Assembly: GCA_013815585.1 (NCBI GenBank)
Contig: JACDFU010000001.1
Coordinates: 1 to 61,111 of the forward strand
DNA: 61,111 nt
Origin: Chloroflexota bacterium
GTDB taxonomy: Bacteria > Chloroflexota > Limnocylindria > Limnocylindrales > CSP1-4
Direction: 5' to 3'
Made by a program: the position numbers and the translations under genes. Position 1 is the stretch's first letter; each line of letters starts with the position of its first letter. Below the pieces are notes generated by a model that made no database searches, was not told where the DNA came from, and saw only the letters and a list, made by a program, of their open reading frames with translations. Positions 33,726 to 48,073 of this stretch are shown piece after piece.

Positions 33726-34813
33726 GAGGCCACTGGGCTGATCTCGGCATCGTCCTCGGTTCCGAGATGGGGCCGCCCGGAGCCATTAGGTGGAGCGCCG
33801 GCCTCCTCCCAGAGCGACATCTCCTGAACGAGCTGCAGCTCGCTCGAGAAGAGCGCGCCGACCGATTCACCCTGGTGGATGCGCCGCATTGCCTCGCCGA
33901 TCAGCGGCGCCACGGACAGCGTCTTGATTCGCGAAAGCCGCTTCGCCGCCGGCAGCGGGATGGTGTCCGTCACCACCACCTCGCGGATGGCGGACTGACG
34001 GATGCGGTCGACCGCGGGATCGGACAGGACCCCATGCGTGGCACAGGCGTAGATCTCCGTGACCCCTTCGCGCAGGAGCGCTCGAACGACCTCCATCAGC
34101 GTGCCGGCCGTGTCGATCTCGTCATCGACGATGATCGCCCGCTTGCCGCGCACCTCGCCGATCACGTTGAGCAGCTCCGCCCGGTCGAGATTGCCAACGC
34201 GGCGCTTCTCGATCACCGCGAGCGGTGCGTCCAGGAGCTCCGCGAACGCTCTCGCACGCTTTGCGAACCCGAGATCGGTGACCACCACCGGATCCTCGAG
34301 CTGCTTGCGGCGGAAGTAGTTGCTCAGCAGGTGGACCGCCGTCAGCTCGTCGACGGGGATGCTGAAGAAGCCCTGGATCTGGCCCTGGTGAAGGTCCATC
34401 GTCAGGAGCCGGTCGGCCCCTGCGACCTGCAGCATGTCCGCGATCAGACGGGCGGTGATGGGCACCCTCGGCTGGTCCTTCTTGTCCGAGCGTCCGTAGG
34501 CATAGAAGGGCACGACGGCGGTGATACGCCCGGCACTCGCCCGTTTGAAGGCGTCGATCATGATCAGCAGCTCCATGATCGACTTGTTCACGGGCGAGCA
34601 CGTCGGCTGCACTACGTAGACGTCCTTGCCTCGAACGTTGTCGAGGATCTTGACGAAGATGTTCTCGTTGGCGAACTCGAAGACCTCGGCCCGGCCGAGC
34701 GTCATTCCCAGGTAGCGCCCGATCTTCTCGGCAAGCTCTCGATTGGCATTGCCCGCGTAGAGATCGAATGGGTGGCCCAGGTGCGCCGCCTCATCCGGCT
34801 CGAAGGAGCTCAC
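33722..34813 (-). CDS. prs: Ribose-phosphate pyrophosphokinase
   Basis: Motifs are VYVVQPTCSPVNKSIMELLIMIDAFKRASAGRITAVVPFYAYGRSDKK and AIIVDDEIDTAGT. An acidic C-terminal extension of about 45 aa follows. Confidence 0.95.
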   Translation of the reverse strand: MSSFEPDEAAHLGHPFDLYAGNANRELAEKIGRYLGMTLGRAEVFEFANENIFVKILDNVRGKDVYVVQPTCSPVNKSIMELLIMIDAFKRASAGRITAVVPFYAYGRSDKKDQPRVPITARLIADMLQVAGADRLLTMDLHQGQIQGFFSIPVDELTAVHLLSNYFRRKQLEDPVVVTDLGFAKRARAFAELLDAPLAVIEKRRVGNLDRAELLNVIGEVRGKRAIIVDDEIDTAGTLMEVVRALLREGVTEIYACATHGVLSDPAVDRIRQSAIREVVVTDTIPLPAAKRLSRIKTLSVAPLIGEAMRRIHQGESVGALFSSELQLVQEMSLWEEAGAPPNGSGRPHLGTEDDAEISPVAS

Positions 34814-34822
34814 CGACGGCTC

Positions 34823-37399
34823 TCATCCAGCGTCAATCGGGCTTCCATCACCGCTCCCCTCCGCCGTTTCCGCCTCCGGCGGGGCGTCATTGTCACCGAT
34901 CGTCCGCCCCTGCGCCAGTCCCGCGCGGAAGACCGCGATCCCGGCTACCTCATCGCCCTCGTTGAGGCGCATGACGATGACGCCGCGAGCAGCCCGACTG
35001 TAGCGGTTGATCGCCTGGACGTCGGTGCGCACGACCTGGCCGCCTGAGCTGATCAGGAGGAGCTCTTCGTCCTGCTCGGTGACCAGCTCCACGGCCGCCA
35101 CGTTGCCCGTCTTGCGGCCCTCCAGGGAGATGAGTCGCACACCCTGGCTGCCGCGGTGCGTCTTGCGCACCTCCGAGACAGCCACGCGCTTCCCATAGCC
35201 GGTCTCCGTCAGGACCAGCACGTCGCTGGCCGGGAGAACGACGTCCATGCCGACCACCCGATCCCCCGCCCGCGCCAGGCGGATGCCGATGACCCCGGCC
35301 GCATCCCGGCCCATCGGGCGGACCTCGCTCTCGCCGAAGCGTGCAATATGGCCCTCGGCCGTCGAGATGACGATCTCGTCGCTCCCGGACGAGACGTCGA
35401 CCCAGACCAGGTCATCTCCCTCCGCGACGGTGATGGCCCGGATCCCCGACGAGCGGACCCGTTCGAACTGCTCGATGGGCGTCTTCTTGATCACGCCGCG
35501 GCGAGTGGCCATGACGAGGTTGTGGCCCTTCTCGAAGTTGGGAATGGTGATCACGGCCAGGACCGTCTCCCCCGACTCCACCTGGACCCCTTCCATGTTG
35601 ATGATCGGGATCCCCTTGGCCTGCCTGCTCGCGTCGGGCACGGCATGGACCTTCGAGCTGAAGACACGGCCCCGGTTCGTGAAGAAGAGCGCCCAGTCGT
35701 GGGTGTTGGCGACGAGGAGATGCGCGACAGCGTCCTCCTCGACCGTCCGGGCGCCGATGATGCCCTTGCCGCCGCGCGCCTGGCGGCGGTAGGTGGCCAG
35801 TGGCTGGCGCTTGATGTAGCCGCGCCCGGACACCGTGACCACCACGTCCTCGTCGGCGATCAGATCCTCGTCGGTCATCTCCCGATTGGCATCATCGGCG
35901 ACTCGCGTTCGGCGTTCGCCCGCATAGCGGCGCGTGATGTCGCTCAACTCGTCCTTGATGATCTGGAGCACACGCTGCGGGTTGGCCAGGATGTCCTCGA
36001 GCTCGGCGATGAGCTTGATCGTGGCGAGGTACTCGTCCTCGATCTTCTTGCGCTCGAGCGCGGCGAGGCGGCGCAACTGCATCTCGAGGATGGCGTTGGC
36101 CTGGATCTCGCTCAGATCGAAGCCCGACATGAGGTTCCGTCGGGCGGTCTCGACGTCGGCCGACGCACGGATCGTCCGGATCACCTCGTCGAGGTTGTCG
36201 AGGGCAATCTTGAGCCCTTCGAGGATGTGGGCTCGATCCCGCGCCTTCCCGAGGTCGTACTCGGTCCGACGCCGGACGACATCGCGGCGCCAGTCGATGT
36301 GGTGCTGGATGACCGACTTCAGGGGAAGCGTCTGGGGCTGGCCATCGACCAGCGCGAGCAGGTTCAGGTTGTAGGCGAGCTGGAGGGCGGTGTGCTTGAA
36401 GAGGTTGTTGAGAACCTTGTGCGGTGAAGCGTCTCGCTTGCACTCGATGACGATGCGCATGCCGTCGCGGTCGGATTCGTCGCGGAGGTCCGCAATCCCG
36501 TCGAGCTTCTTGGAGGTGACGAGTTCGGCGATCTTCTCGATCAGGGCGGCCTTGTTGACCTGGTAGGGCAGCTCGGTGACCACGATCGCGGTTCGGCTCG
36601 TCCGGGTCTCCTCGAAGGCGGCCTGTGCGCGCATGTAAACGCGCCCGCGACCGTGGGCGTACATCTCGCGGATTGCGTCGATCTGCTCCACCTGGCCCGT
36701 CACGGTGTTTCGCCGCCGCTCATAGCGGAAGATCGTGCCGCCGGTCGGGAAATCGGGTCCGTTCACGAAGGCGCACAGCTCATCCGACGTCAACTCGGGG
36801 TTGTCCACCAGCGCGACCGTCGCCCGGGCAACCTCTCCCAGGTGATGGGGCGGAATGTTCGTGGCCATGCCGACCGCGATCCCCGATGAACCGTTGACCA
36901 GCAGGTTGGGCAGCTTGGCCGGCAGCACCGAGGGTTGCTGCCGCGTGCCGTCGTAGTTCTCGACGAAGTCGACCGTGTCCTTCTCGATGTCGGCCAGGAG
37001 CTCCGCGCTGATCGCGGTCATCCGCGCCTCGGTGTAGCGCATGGCGGCCGGTGGGTCACCATCTACTGAACCGAAGTTGCCCTGACCGTCGACGAGCGGA
37101 TAGCGCATCGAGAAGTCCTGGGCCAACCGCACGAGGGCGTCGTAGAGGGCAACGTCACCGTGGGGGTGGTACTTGCCCATCACCTCGCCGACGATCGCGG
37201 CGCACTTGCGGTACGCCGCCGTCGAGCTCAGGCCCATCTCGTTCATCGTGTACAGGATTCGCCGGTGGACCGGCTTGAGCCCATCGCGCACATCCGGCAA
37301 CGCGCGGCTGACAATGACGCTCATCGCGTAGTCGAGATAGCTGCCGCGCAGCTCGTCCTCGATGCGGATCTGGCGGATCTCCCCTACCGGGTCGGTCAT
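34823..37399 (-). CDS. gyrA: DNA gyrase subunit A
   Basis: Motifs are [14 protein letters not shown] and [10 protein letters not shown] (the active-site Tyr region). C-terminal beta-pinwheel repeats are present. Confidence 0.97.
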   Translation of the reverse strand: MTDPVGEIRQIRIEDELRGSYLDYAMSVIVSRALPDVRDGLKPVHRRILYTMNEMGLSSTAAYRKCAAIVGEVMGKYHPHGDVALYDALVRLAQDFSMRYPLVDGQGNFGSVDGDPPAAMRYTEARMTAISAELLADIEKDTVDFVENYDGTRQQPSVLPAKLPNLLVNGSSGIAVGMATNIPPHHLGEVARATVALVDNPELTSDELCAFVNGPDFPTGGTIFRYERRRNTVTGQVEQIDAIREMYAHGRGRVYMRAQAAFEETRTSRTAIVVTELPYQVNKAALIEKIAELVTSKKLDGIADLRDESDRDGMRIVIECKRDASPHKVLNNLFKHTALQLAYNLNLLALVDGQPQTLPLKSVIQHHIDWRRDVVRRRTEYDLGKARDRAHILEGLKIALDNLDEVIRTIRASADVETARRNLMSGFDLSEIQANAILEMQLRRLAALERKKIEDEYLATIKLIAELEDILANPQRVLQIIKDELSDITRRYAGERRTRVADDANREMTDEDLIADEDVVVTVSGRGYIKRQPLATYRRQARGGKGIIGARTVEEDAVAHLLVANTHDWALFFTNRGRVFSSKVHAVPDASRQAKGIPIINMEGVQVESGETVLAVITIPNFEKGHNLVMATRRGVIKKTPIEQFERVRSSGIRAITVAEGDDLVWVDVSSGSDEIVISTAEGHIARFGESEVRPMGRDAAGVIGIRLARAGDRVVGMDVVLPASDVLVLTETGYGKRVAVSEVRKTHRGSQGVRLISLEGRKTGNVAAVELVTEQDEELLLISSGGQVVRTDVQAINRYSRAARGVIVMRLNEGDEVAGIAVFRAGLAQGRTIGDNDAPPEAETAEGSGDGSPIDAG

Positions 37400-37412
37400 A
37401 GCGGGCTGATCC

Positions 37413-41203
<3,791 letters not shown>

Positions 41204-41207
<4 letters not shown>

Positions 41208-42061
41208 GCCGTCACCGCGGCGGCTGCCTGATCGGGCGACGTGGTGGCGGGACCGGGATCGCTGGCAAGTGGGCCCTCCGCCGTCGACCGTTCGACGGCG
41301 CGCTCTCCGCGCAGAAACTCCGCGGCGAGGAGGCGATACGCAGCAGCTCCCTTCGATTCGGGGCTGTACAACGCAATGGGTTTGCCGTAACTGGGCGCCT
41401 CGGAGAGCCGAACGCTTCGCGGCACGACGGTTTCGTACGCCTTCTCACCAAAATGGCGGCGGACCTCGGCGATGACGTCCATCGAGAGCCGTGTCCTGGG
41501 GTCGACCATGGTGAGCACGACTCCCTTGATCGCCAGGTCCGGGTTCAGATGCTCGCGAATGAGCCTGATAGTAGCCACGAGCTGGCCCAAGCCTTCCAAC
41601 GCGTAGTACTCCGATTGAATGGGGATGAGAACGGCGTCGGCGGCTGTTAGGGCGTTGACCGTGATGAGACCGAGCGAAGGCGGGCAATCCAGCAGGATCA
41701 CGTCGTATTCGTCCCGAAGCGGCGCTAGAGCGCGCGACAGGCGTCGTTCGCGCTGGGCCAGTGGCGCGAGCGCGACCTCCACGCCGGCGAGGGCGGTGCT
41801 GGCCCCCACGATTTCCAGGCCATCAACCGCAGTCGCGCGCGCAAGCTCGCTGATGAGCCGGTCTTCCACGATTGCGTCGTACACGGACCCGGCCAGCTCA
41901 TTGCGGTCGATGCCGAGCCCGCTGGTTGCGTTTCCCTGGGGATCGAGGTCGACCAGCAGGACGTGGCGGCCGGCGAGCGCCAGATACGTCGCCAGGTTCA
42001 CAACGGTGGTCGTTTTGCCGACCCCGCCCTTCTGGTTCACGACCGCGATCGTTTCGCCCAC
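41204..42061 (-). CDS. parA: Chromosome partitioning ATPase ParA (Soj)
   Basis: GTG start. The deviant Walker A is IAVVNQKGGVGKTTTVVNLA, and the motif ILLDCPPSLG is present. Confidence 0.93.
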
Positions 42062-42159
42062 ACAGGTCCCGACCGGCGGATGTTCACAGGTCCCTATTGT
42101 AGTGGCGGCGCCTTATCAACGTATTGAGCAGCGCGTCGCGGCGAGGGCATCTCCGTCGC

Positions 42160-42173
42160 GTTCCACGTGCAAC
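42160..42173. promoter_or_regulatory. Degenerate parS-like palindrome GTTCCACGTGCAAC
   Basis: Taken with its flanks, CGTTCCACGTGCAACG matches 12 of 16 positions of the consensus TGTTTCACGTGAAACA. It lies 99 nt upstream of parA. I saw no better parS in the window. Confidence 0.3.
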
Positions 42174-42329
42174 GGCCCGTTAGCTAGTCGTTCGGGCGTA
42201 TCGCCTCCATCGGCCGCTGCTGGAGCCTCCCCGCCCCCGGCTATACTCCGCTCCGAATGACCGCCCACCCTGACGGTGGCCGAGGGGCGCCCAGGAAGCT
42301 GTCCAGAACACCACTCTGAAAGCAGGCGG

Positions 42330-42833
42330 ATGAGCCTCCCGATCGCTGCGGTGGGGGCGGTGCTGATATCCCTCCTCGAAACAAGCGTGATCCCGGGGCT
42401 TCTCGGCGGGGGAGTGAAACCCGATCTCGTGTTGGTCGTCGCGGTTGCCGCGGCAATCATCATTGGCGTGGAGGATGGTCTGATGTGGGCATTTCTTGGA
42501 GGCCTCATGCTCGACATGCTTCTCCCGGGACGCCCACTGGGAGCGACGACGTTCGCCCTCCTCGTGGTTATCGGGTTGGCCGTCGTTGCCGCACGGCTGC
42601 TTCCCCAGAGCCCCACCTTGCTGGCGATCGGCGCCGTTTTCGGGCTGAGCTTCTTGTTCCAGATGCTCCTGGCAGCGCTCCTCAGTGCGACCGCGGGGGT
42701 GGAGTTGCTGCCACAACCGGCATCGTCCTTCCTACCTATTGCGATCACCAATACGCTCGTCGCGCTCGTGCTCGCCCCGATCGCCCGGATGCTCATTCGC
42801 CGATTCGGTCCGCAGGAGCGCATGAGCTGGTGA
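42330..42833 (+). CDS. mreD: Rod shape-determining protein MreD
   Basis: ATG 42330 is preceded by AGGCGG. The small, fully hydrophobic protein includes ETSVIPGLLGGGVKPDLVLVVAV. It lies immediately upstream of mrdA and rodA. Confidence 0.75.
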   Translation: MSLPIAAVGAVLISLLETSVIPGLLGGGVKPDLVLVVAVAAAIIIGVEDGLMWAFLGGLMLDMLLPGRPLGATTFALLVVIGLAVVAARLLPQSPTLLAIGAVFGLSFLFQMLLAALLSATAGVELLPQPASSFLPIAITNTLVALVLAPIARMLIRRFGPQERMSW

Positions 42834-42852
42834 CGAGCACGGAGAGCGTGGC

Positions 42853-44754
42853 TTGAGCACGGGGTATCTCCTGGAGGACCAGCCGACACGGGGTCGGCTG
42901 CTGCCTCGGTTCCTCGCCTTTGCGGTGATCGTCGTGCTTGTCGTGGGCGCCCTGTCAGCGCGCCTGTTCTACCTCCAGGTTTCGCGTGGCGGCTACTACG
43001 GCGGCCTGGCACAGGACAACCGCGTGCTGCTCCAGCCGATTCCTTCCGCTCGGGGCCTCATGTACGACCGGCACGGGCGAGAGCTGGTTCGAAACGTTCC
43101 TGCGTTCAGCGTGAGGGTCCGTCCGGCGGACCTGCCACTGTCGAAACGGCCTCACGTGGTCTCGCAGCTGTCGACGCTGCTCGGCATTCCCGACGTGGAG
43201 ATCAACGAGTCGCTCGACCGGGGTGCCGGCTCCCGATTCGACCTCGTCCGCGTCGCTTCTGACGTGCCCCCGGACATCGCCCGAGTGATCTCCGAGACGC
43301 ATCTCGATCTGCCCGGGGTCGAGGTCGCCATCGAGGCGAGGCGGGACTACCCGCAGGGACCGCTGCTCTCCCAGCTGGTGGGGTACACCGGCCCCGTGGC
43401 CGCCGAGGACCTGGAGGAGCTCAAGGATCAGGGCTACCTCAATGACGACGCGATCGGTCGCACCGGCGCCGAGGCCGTCTACGAGAAGGAGCTGAGAGGC
43501 GCCTACGGGGTCGAGCAGATCGAGCGGGACGCGTCGGGCCGCAAGATTCGGGTGCTCTCCACGGTCCGGGAGCCCCGAACGGGCAACAGCCTGGAGCTCA
43601 GCGTCGATGTTCAGGCCCAGCGCAACGCGGAGAAGGCGATACGCTGGGCGATGGATCTCGCGGGCCTGAAGCGCGGTGTCGTCGTCGTCATGAATCCGCA
43701 GACCGGTGAGATCCTTGCCATGGTCTCCCTGCCCACGTACGACAACAATCTTTTTGCGCGGGGAATCTCGAACGCCGACTTCCAGGAGCTCGTCAAGGAT
43801 CCGGACCAACCCCTGCTGAACCACGCGATCAGCGAGCAATATCCACCCGGCTCGACCTACAAGCTGGTGACCGGGACAGGCGGCCTGGCCGACGGGTACA
43901 TCAGCTCCGATCCATCCAACAAGCTCCTGTCGCAGCCGTTCCTCACGCTCGGAACGACCAAGTTCTATGAATGGAACCAGCGCGGCTGGGGCCGGCTCAA
44001 CATCTACGACGCGTTCGGGCACTCCAGCGACACCTACTTCTTCCAGGTGGCGGGAATGCTCGGGATCGACCGCCTGGCACACTGGGCCCGCCAGTACGGC
44101 TTTGGCGAGCCCACCGGCATCGACCTGCCCGCCGAAGCGAGGGGCAATGTCCCCACGAACGAATGGAAGCAGGGGGTCTTCGGAGAAGACATCTTTCCCG
44201 GCGAGACATACCAGGCCGGCATCGGTCAGGGCTACGACACCGCGACGCCCATCCAGTTGCTGAACGCCTACGCCGCACTGGCGAACGGCGGCAGGCTCCT
44301 TAAGCCCCAAATCGTTCGACGGATCCTGTCGCCCGAGGGCCAGGTCGTCCGCGACTTCAAGCCGGAGCTCATCCGCGAGCTCGACGTTCCCAAGGACGTC
44401 CTTCGGACGATGCGAGAGGCATCGCGGCGGGTGGTCACCATTCGGCACACCTACAACCTCGTGGACCTGCCGATCGTGGTCGCCGGCAAGTCCGGTACCG
44501 CCGAGTTCGGGAGGCGCGACGAGCAGGGCCGGCTGCCCTTCCACTCATGGTTTGCCGCCTTCGTACCGAAGAGCGGCAACCCGTCAGCGGCAGATTCAGA
44601 GCTGGCCGTGCTGGCATTTGCCTTCGACTCGCGCACGAAGGGCAATGTGGCGACGGAGATCGTGAAGTACTACCTTCAGCTGCATTACGAGCTGGACGTC
44701 GACCTGAGGAACTTCGATCTCGTCGTGAGAGACAACTTCTATCGTGGCAACTAG
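42853..44754 (+). CDS. mrdA: Penicillin-binding protein 2 (elongasome transpeptidase)
   Basis: TTG start and an N-terminal TM anchor. Motifs are the SxxK in YPPGSTYKL, the SxD/N-like GHSSDTYF, and KSGT in AGKSGTAEF. Confidence 0.9.
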   Translation: MSTGYLLEDQPTRGRLLPRFLAFAVIVVLVVGALSARLFYLQVSRGGYYGGLAQDNRVLLQPIPSARGLMYDRHGRELVRNVPAFSVRVRPADLPLSKRPHVVSQLSTLLGIPDVEINESLDRGAGSRFDLVRVASDVPPDIARVISETHLDLPGVEVAIEARRDYPQGPLLSQLVGYTGPVAAEDLEELKDQGYLNDDAIGRTGAEAVYEKELRGAYGVEQIERDASGRKIRVLSTVREPRTGNSLELSVDVQAQRNAEKAIRWAMDLAGLKRGVVVVMNPQTGEILAMVSLPTYDNNLFARGISNADFQELVKDPDQPLLNHAISEQYPPGSTYKLVTGTGGLADGYISSDPSNKLLSQPFLTLGTTKFYEWNQRGWGRLNIYDAFGHSSDTYFFQVAGMLGIDRLAHWARQYGFGEPTGIDLPAEARGNVPTNEWKQGVFGEDIFPGETYQAGIGQGYDTATPIQLLNAYAALANGGRLLKPQIVRRILSPEGQVVRDFKPELIRELDVPKDVLRTMREASRRVVTIRHTYNLVDLPIVVAGKSGTAEFGRRDEQGRLPFHSWFAAFVPKSGNPSAADSELAVLAFAFDSRTKGNVATEIVKYYLQLHYELDVDLRNFDLVVRDNFYRGN

Positions 44755-44796
44755 AACAGTCGACGCGGCGAACGCCGCGCCCCAGGGACCCTGCTG

Positions 44797-45948
44797 ATGG
44801 GCGTCCTGCGCCTCGAGCCGACGCGAGTCCACACCTGGGCAACCCGATCGGTCTCGACGGTCTGGGGCTTGTTCGACTGGCAGCTGGCGCTCTACGCGGG
44901 CCTGCTGGCGGTGGTCGGTGTGACGATGGCCTACACCAACAGTGGCTCCACGCCCCTGACGCCCGGGACCACCTTTACCCGCGGGCTCATGTGGCTCGCC
45001 ATCGCGATCATTGCCTTCGCGCTCGCCGCCAGCTTCGACTATCGCTGGCTGCGCACGTTCGCCTGGCCCATCTACCTCGTGAACCTGGGGCTGTTGCTGA
45101 CGTCGCTGGCGCTTGGCGACGGTGTCGGGGGCGTGGCCCGGTGGGTGACGATCTTCGGGGTGCAGTTCCAGTTCTCCGAGATCGCAAAGATTCTCACCAT
45201 CATCGTGCTGGCGAATTTCCTCGCTTCACGCTCGAATCGTCTGTCGAGCCTCTCGACCATCGTCGGGGCCGGACTGCTGATCCTGCCCCCACTTGCACTG
45301 GTGCTGGTCCAACCGGACCTTGGAACGTCCCTGGTGTTCGGCGCAATCTTCCTGGGAACGCTCTTCATCGGCGGTGCAAGCCTGCGCTGGTTGGGGGTCA
45401 CGGTGGCGGCCATCGCAGCAGCCGTACCGCTCGCCTGGATGTACGTCCTGAAGGACTACCAGAAGCAGCGCCTGGTCTCGTTCCTGGACCCGGCAGCGGA
45501 TCCGCAGGGGTCCGGCTACCACCTGATCCAGTCCCAGATTGCCGTGGGGTCGGGCGGCATGTTCGGAAAGGGCCTGACGAACGGCAGCCAGAACCAGCTC
45601 GACTTCCTGCCCGTTCAGTCCACGGACTTCGTGTTCGCCATCCTCTCCGAGGAGCTGGGCTTCGTTGGTGCGCTTGTCGTGTTCGGGCTCTTCTGTGCGC
45701 TTCTGTGGCGAGTGCTCCTCGTCGGCTGGAGATCGCAGGACCCGTTCGGCCTCGTCGTTGCAGCCGGCATCGCCTCGATGGTCGTCTTCCAGTTGCTCGT
45801 GAACGTGGGCATGGTGATCGGGATCATGCCGATCACCGGGATCCCGCTGCCGTTCGTGACCCACGGCGGGGCGTCGCTGATCAGCATCGCGGTGGGGCTC
45901 GGGATCCTCGAAAGCATCAACCTGCGGCAGGCCAAACCAAAGTGGTGA
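44797..45948 (+). CDS. rodA: SEDS family peptidoglycan glycosyltransferase RodA
   Basis: Motifs are QPDLGTSLVF, IQSQIAVGSGGMFGKGL, LPVQSTDFVFAILSEELGF and GIPLPFVTHGGASLI. Confidence 0.9.
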   Translation: MGVLRLEPTRVHTWATRSVSTVWGLFDWQLALYAGLLAVVGVTMAYTNSGSTPLTPGTTFTRGLMWLAIAIIAFALAASFDYRWLRTFAWPIYLVNLGLLLTSLALGDGVGGVARWVTIFGVQFQFSEIAKILTIIVLANFLASRSNRLSSLSTIVGAGLLILPPLALVLVQPDLGTSLVFGAIFLGTLFIGGASLRWLGVTVAAIAAAVPLAWMYVLKDYQKQRLVSFLDPAADPQGSGYHLIQSQIAVGSGGMFGKGLTNGSQNQLDFLPVQSTDFVFAILSEELGFVGALVVFGLFCALLWRVLLVGWRSQDPFGLVVAAGIASMVVFQLLVNVGMVIGIMPITGIPLPFVTHGGASLISIAVGLGILESINLRQAKPKW

Positions 45949-46008
45949 CCGCCGGGTAGGCGCACCACGCCTGCTGCCGCCGGCTATCGCGCGAGGCTGC
46001 GCGGCCCC

Positions 46009-46629
46009 TCAGCGCCGGCGGAACAGGCCGCGCTGTCCCGGCTCGCGGACGTCCGCGGTTCGACGACGACCAGCCGCGCGAAGCAGTCGGTCGATCTCAT
46101 CACGATAGGGACGCCCGATCGTCATCCGGTCCAGCCACTCGACATACTCGAGATCCTGGCGTCCGATCTCGCCGATCGACCACCCAGCGTAGCGACCGAA
46201 GTTCAGCACGCTTCCCGCCGGTCGGCCGGGCGGCGGGCCGGCTGCTCCGTATCCCTCCCGGCCACGCATCGAGGCCGGGTCGTAGCCCTGTCCGAAGGAC
46301 GACCGACCGGATGTCCAGTGCGGGCTGGTCTCCTGCGGAGGCGGCGCCGGGCCTGCTGGTGCGGCTGCCCGGGCTGATCCGCCTGCCGACGGCGGAGGTC
46401 CGGCGGTCGAACGCGGTGACGGCTTTTGGCGTGTCGCGTCGTAGGCCGCGCGCCTGCCCGGATCGCCGAGCACCTCCCAGGCCCCGTTGATCGCCGACAT
46501 CCGTGCCGCGGCCTCGGCATTGGCCGCGACATCGGGATGGTATTTCTGTGCGAGGCGGCGGTAGGCAGCCTGAATCACCTCCGCCTCCGCCTCCGGGTCG
46601 ACCTGCAGCGTCTTGTAGTGGTCGGTCAT
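46009..46629 (-). CDS. J-domain protein with a DUF3820-like C-terminal domain
   Basis: ATG 46629. The J domain is DHYKTLQVDPEAEAEVIQAAYRRLAQKYHPDV. A Pro/Ala-rich linker follows, then a C-terminal FGRYAGWSIGEIGRQDLEYVEWL motif. Confidence 0.75.
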   Translation of the reverse strand: MTDHYKTLQVDPEAEAEVIQAAYRRLAQKYHPDVAANAEAAARMSAINGAWEVLGDPGRRAAYDATRQKPSPRSTAGPPPSAGGSARAAAPAGPAPPPQETSPHWTSGRSSFGQGYDPASMRGREGYGAAGPPPGRPAGSVLNFGRYAGWSIGEIGRQDLEYVEWLDRMTIGRPYRDEIDRLLRAAGRRRTADVREPGQRGLFRRR

Positions 46630-47981
46630 GGGCGCCCCTGCTCGTGAGCTGCGTCCGTAGGTCGCGGAAGCACATCGGTCGCCACACCCGCCGACTCGGA
46701 CGGCTCTCCCGGCGCAGTTGCGCTGTCCTGGCGGGCGGGCGCAGGCACGGGGGTCCGCTCCGGTGGTGGCGGCTGCTGTCCGACCCCATCCTCCGCCACG
46801 GTGCCCTCTGCGGACGCGGCCGCCGGCTCGCCTGAAAGCCGACGGAACAGGTACCTGTAGACATCTCGTGCGGCGGCGGTCACCGGAAGGGAGAAGATCG
46901 CGCCCAGCAGCCCAGCGATGGCTCCCCCCAGGATCAGCGCGAAGATGACCACCGAGGGATGCAGCTCGATGGCGTCCCCCTGGATCTTGGGCACGAGGAC
47001 GTTGTTCTCGAACTGCTGGACGGCCGTGTAGAGGACGAGGACGCCGATCACCGCTTCCGGTGAGATCGTGAGCGCCACCAGCAGGGTGGGGATCGCAGCG
47101 ATGATCGGGCCGATGATCGGCAGCAGCTCGAGAACCCCTGCGATCACGGCGAGCAGGATCGCGAACTGGAGGAAGCGGGGGTCGATGAGCTGACCCAGCA
47201 GCAGCAGGCCGGCGAAGGTCAGCGTCCCCACAACAAAGCCGAGGATGAGCTGGCCCCGCAGCCACCGCCCGAAAATCCGTTCCACGATGCTCAGCAGCGC
47301 CCAGGCGTCGTCTCGCCAGGCGGCCGGCAAGGCCTGATCGAAGCGAGCCACGAGGTGGGTGCGATCCTTGAGCAGGTAGAACGCCCAGACCGGCACGATG
47401 AGGTAGCCAAAGGCCGACGCCACCGTGCCCGCGATCGTGCGGGCAATTGGAAGAAGGGTGCTCGGGTCGAAGCCGCCTTCGCCGGCGGCAACCGAGGCCA
47501 GCGCGCTGTCGATCGCGTCACGGACTGCGCTGGGGAGCTGCAGCCGGTTGTAGATCTCCGTCAGCCGTCTCAGCTGACCGTCGAGCGAGCTCATCAGTGC
47601 CGGGAGATCGCGGACGAAGCCGGCGATCTGATCGATCAAGGGGCCAAGCAGCAATGTGAGACCTTCCACGACGAGGAAGGCTGTCGCCACGTACACGATC
47701 AACACGGCGAGCGCCGCCGGCACCTTCCGGCGGGCAAGGAACTGCACGGCCGGGTCCAGCAGGTAGACCAGAAGCAGCCCGATGATGAAGGGCGTCAGTG
47801 CCCCCCTTCCCAGGTAGAGGAGGGCGGCGACCACCACCACCGCGCCGATCAATAGCGCCACCCGCGGCGTCGGCGGCTGGATCCGGCGGACCGGTTGGGT
47901 TGAGCTGGCCGGGTCTGTCGCGCTGGAGCGGCTGACAGCCGAGGCGCCGCCCGGCGCGCTCACGTGCCCCGACCCTGACAT
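46626..47981 (-). CDS. AI-2E family transporter (UPF0118/PerM-like)
   Basis: ATG 47981 (MSGSGHVS). About 8 TM segments are present, including TPFIIGLLLVYLLDPAVQFL and the LELLPIIGPIIAAIPTLLVAL region. Its stop forms an ATGA overlap with the J-domain gene start. Confidence 0.8.
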   Translation of the reverse strand: MSGSGHVSAPGGASAVSRSSATDPASSTQPVRRIQPPTPRVALLIGAVVVVAALLYLGRGALTPFIIGLLLVYLLDPAVQFLARRKVPAALAVLIVYVATAFLVVEGLTLLLGPLIDQIAGFVRDLPALMSSLDGQLRRLTEIYNRLQLPSAVRDAIDSALASVAAGEGGFDPSTLLPIARTIAGTVASAFGYLIVPVWAFYLLKDRTHLVARFDQALPAAWRDDAWALLSIVERIFGRWLRGQLILGFVVGTLTFAGLLLLGQLIDPRFLQFAILLAVIAGVLELLPIIGPIIAAIPTLLVALTISPEAVIGVLVLYTAVQQFENNVLVPKIQGDAIELHPSVVIFALILGGAIAGLLGAIFSLPVTAAARDVYRYLFRRLSGEPAAASAEGTVAEDGVGQQPPPPERTPVPAPARQDSATAPGEPSESAGVATDVLPRPTDAAHEQGRP

Positions 47982-48043
47982 GGCCCCGAGCGTAGCAGAG
48001 CAGGCCGGCGGATCAGGGCGGCCGTCAGGGCGGCCGTGGGCCG

Positions 48044-48073
48044 TTGACGCAGTCGCGGGCTCGGCGGTACCAT
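48044..48073 (+). promoter_or_regulatory. Candidate rplU operon promoter TTGACG-N18-TACCAT
   Basis: TTGACG is at 48044..48049 and TACCAT at 48068..48073. This leaves a leader of about 110 nt before the rplU ATG. Confidence 0.4.

Noticed and set aside
42257-42319. A 20-codon ORF (MTAHPDGGRGAPRKLSRTPL) starting 9 nt after TATACT, upstream of mreD. It could be a leaderless uORF.
   Set aside because: It shows no conservation evidence or coding bias that I can assess by eye, so it remains speculative.
46630-47265. The upstream 212 codons of the 418-aa ORF 46009..47265.
   Set aside because: They overlap the C-terminal part of the AI-2E transporter in another frame. The J domain begins exactly at ATG 46629, with an ATGA overlap.
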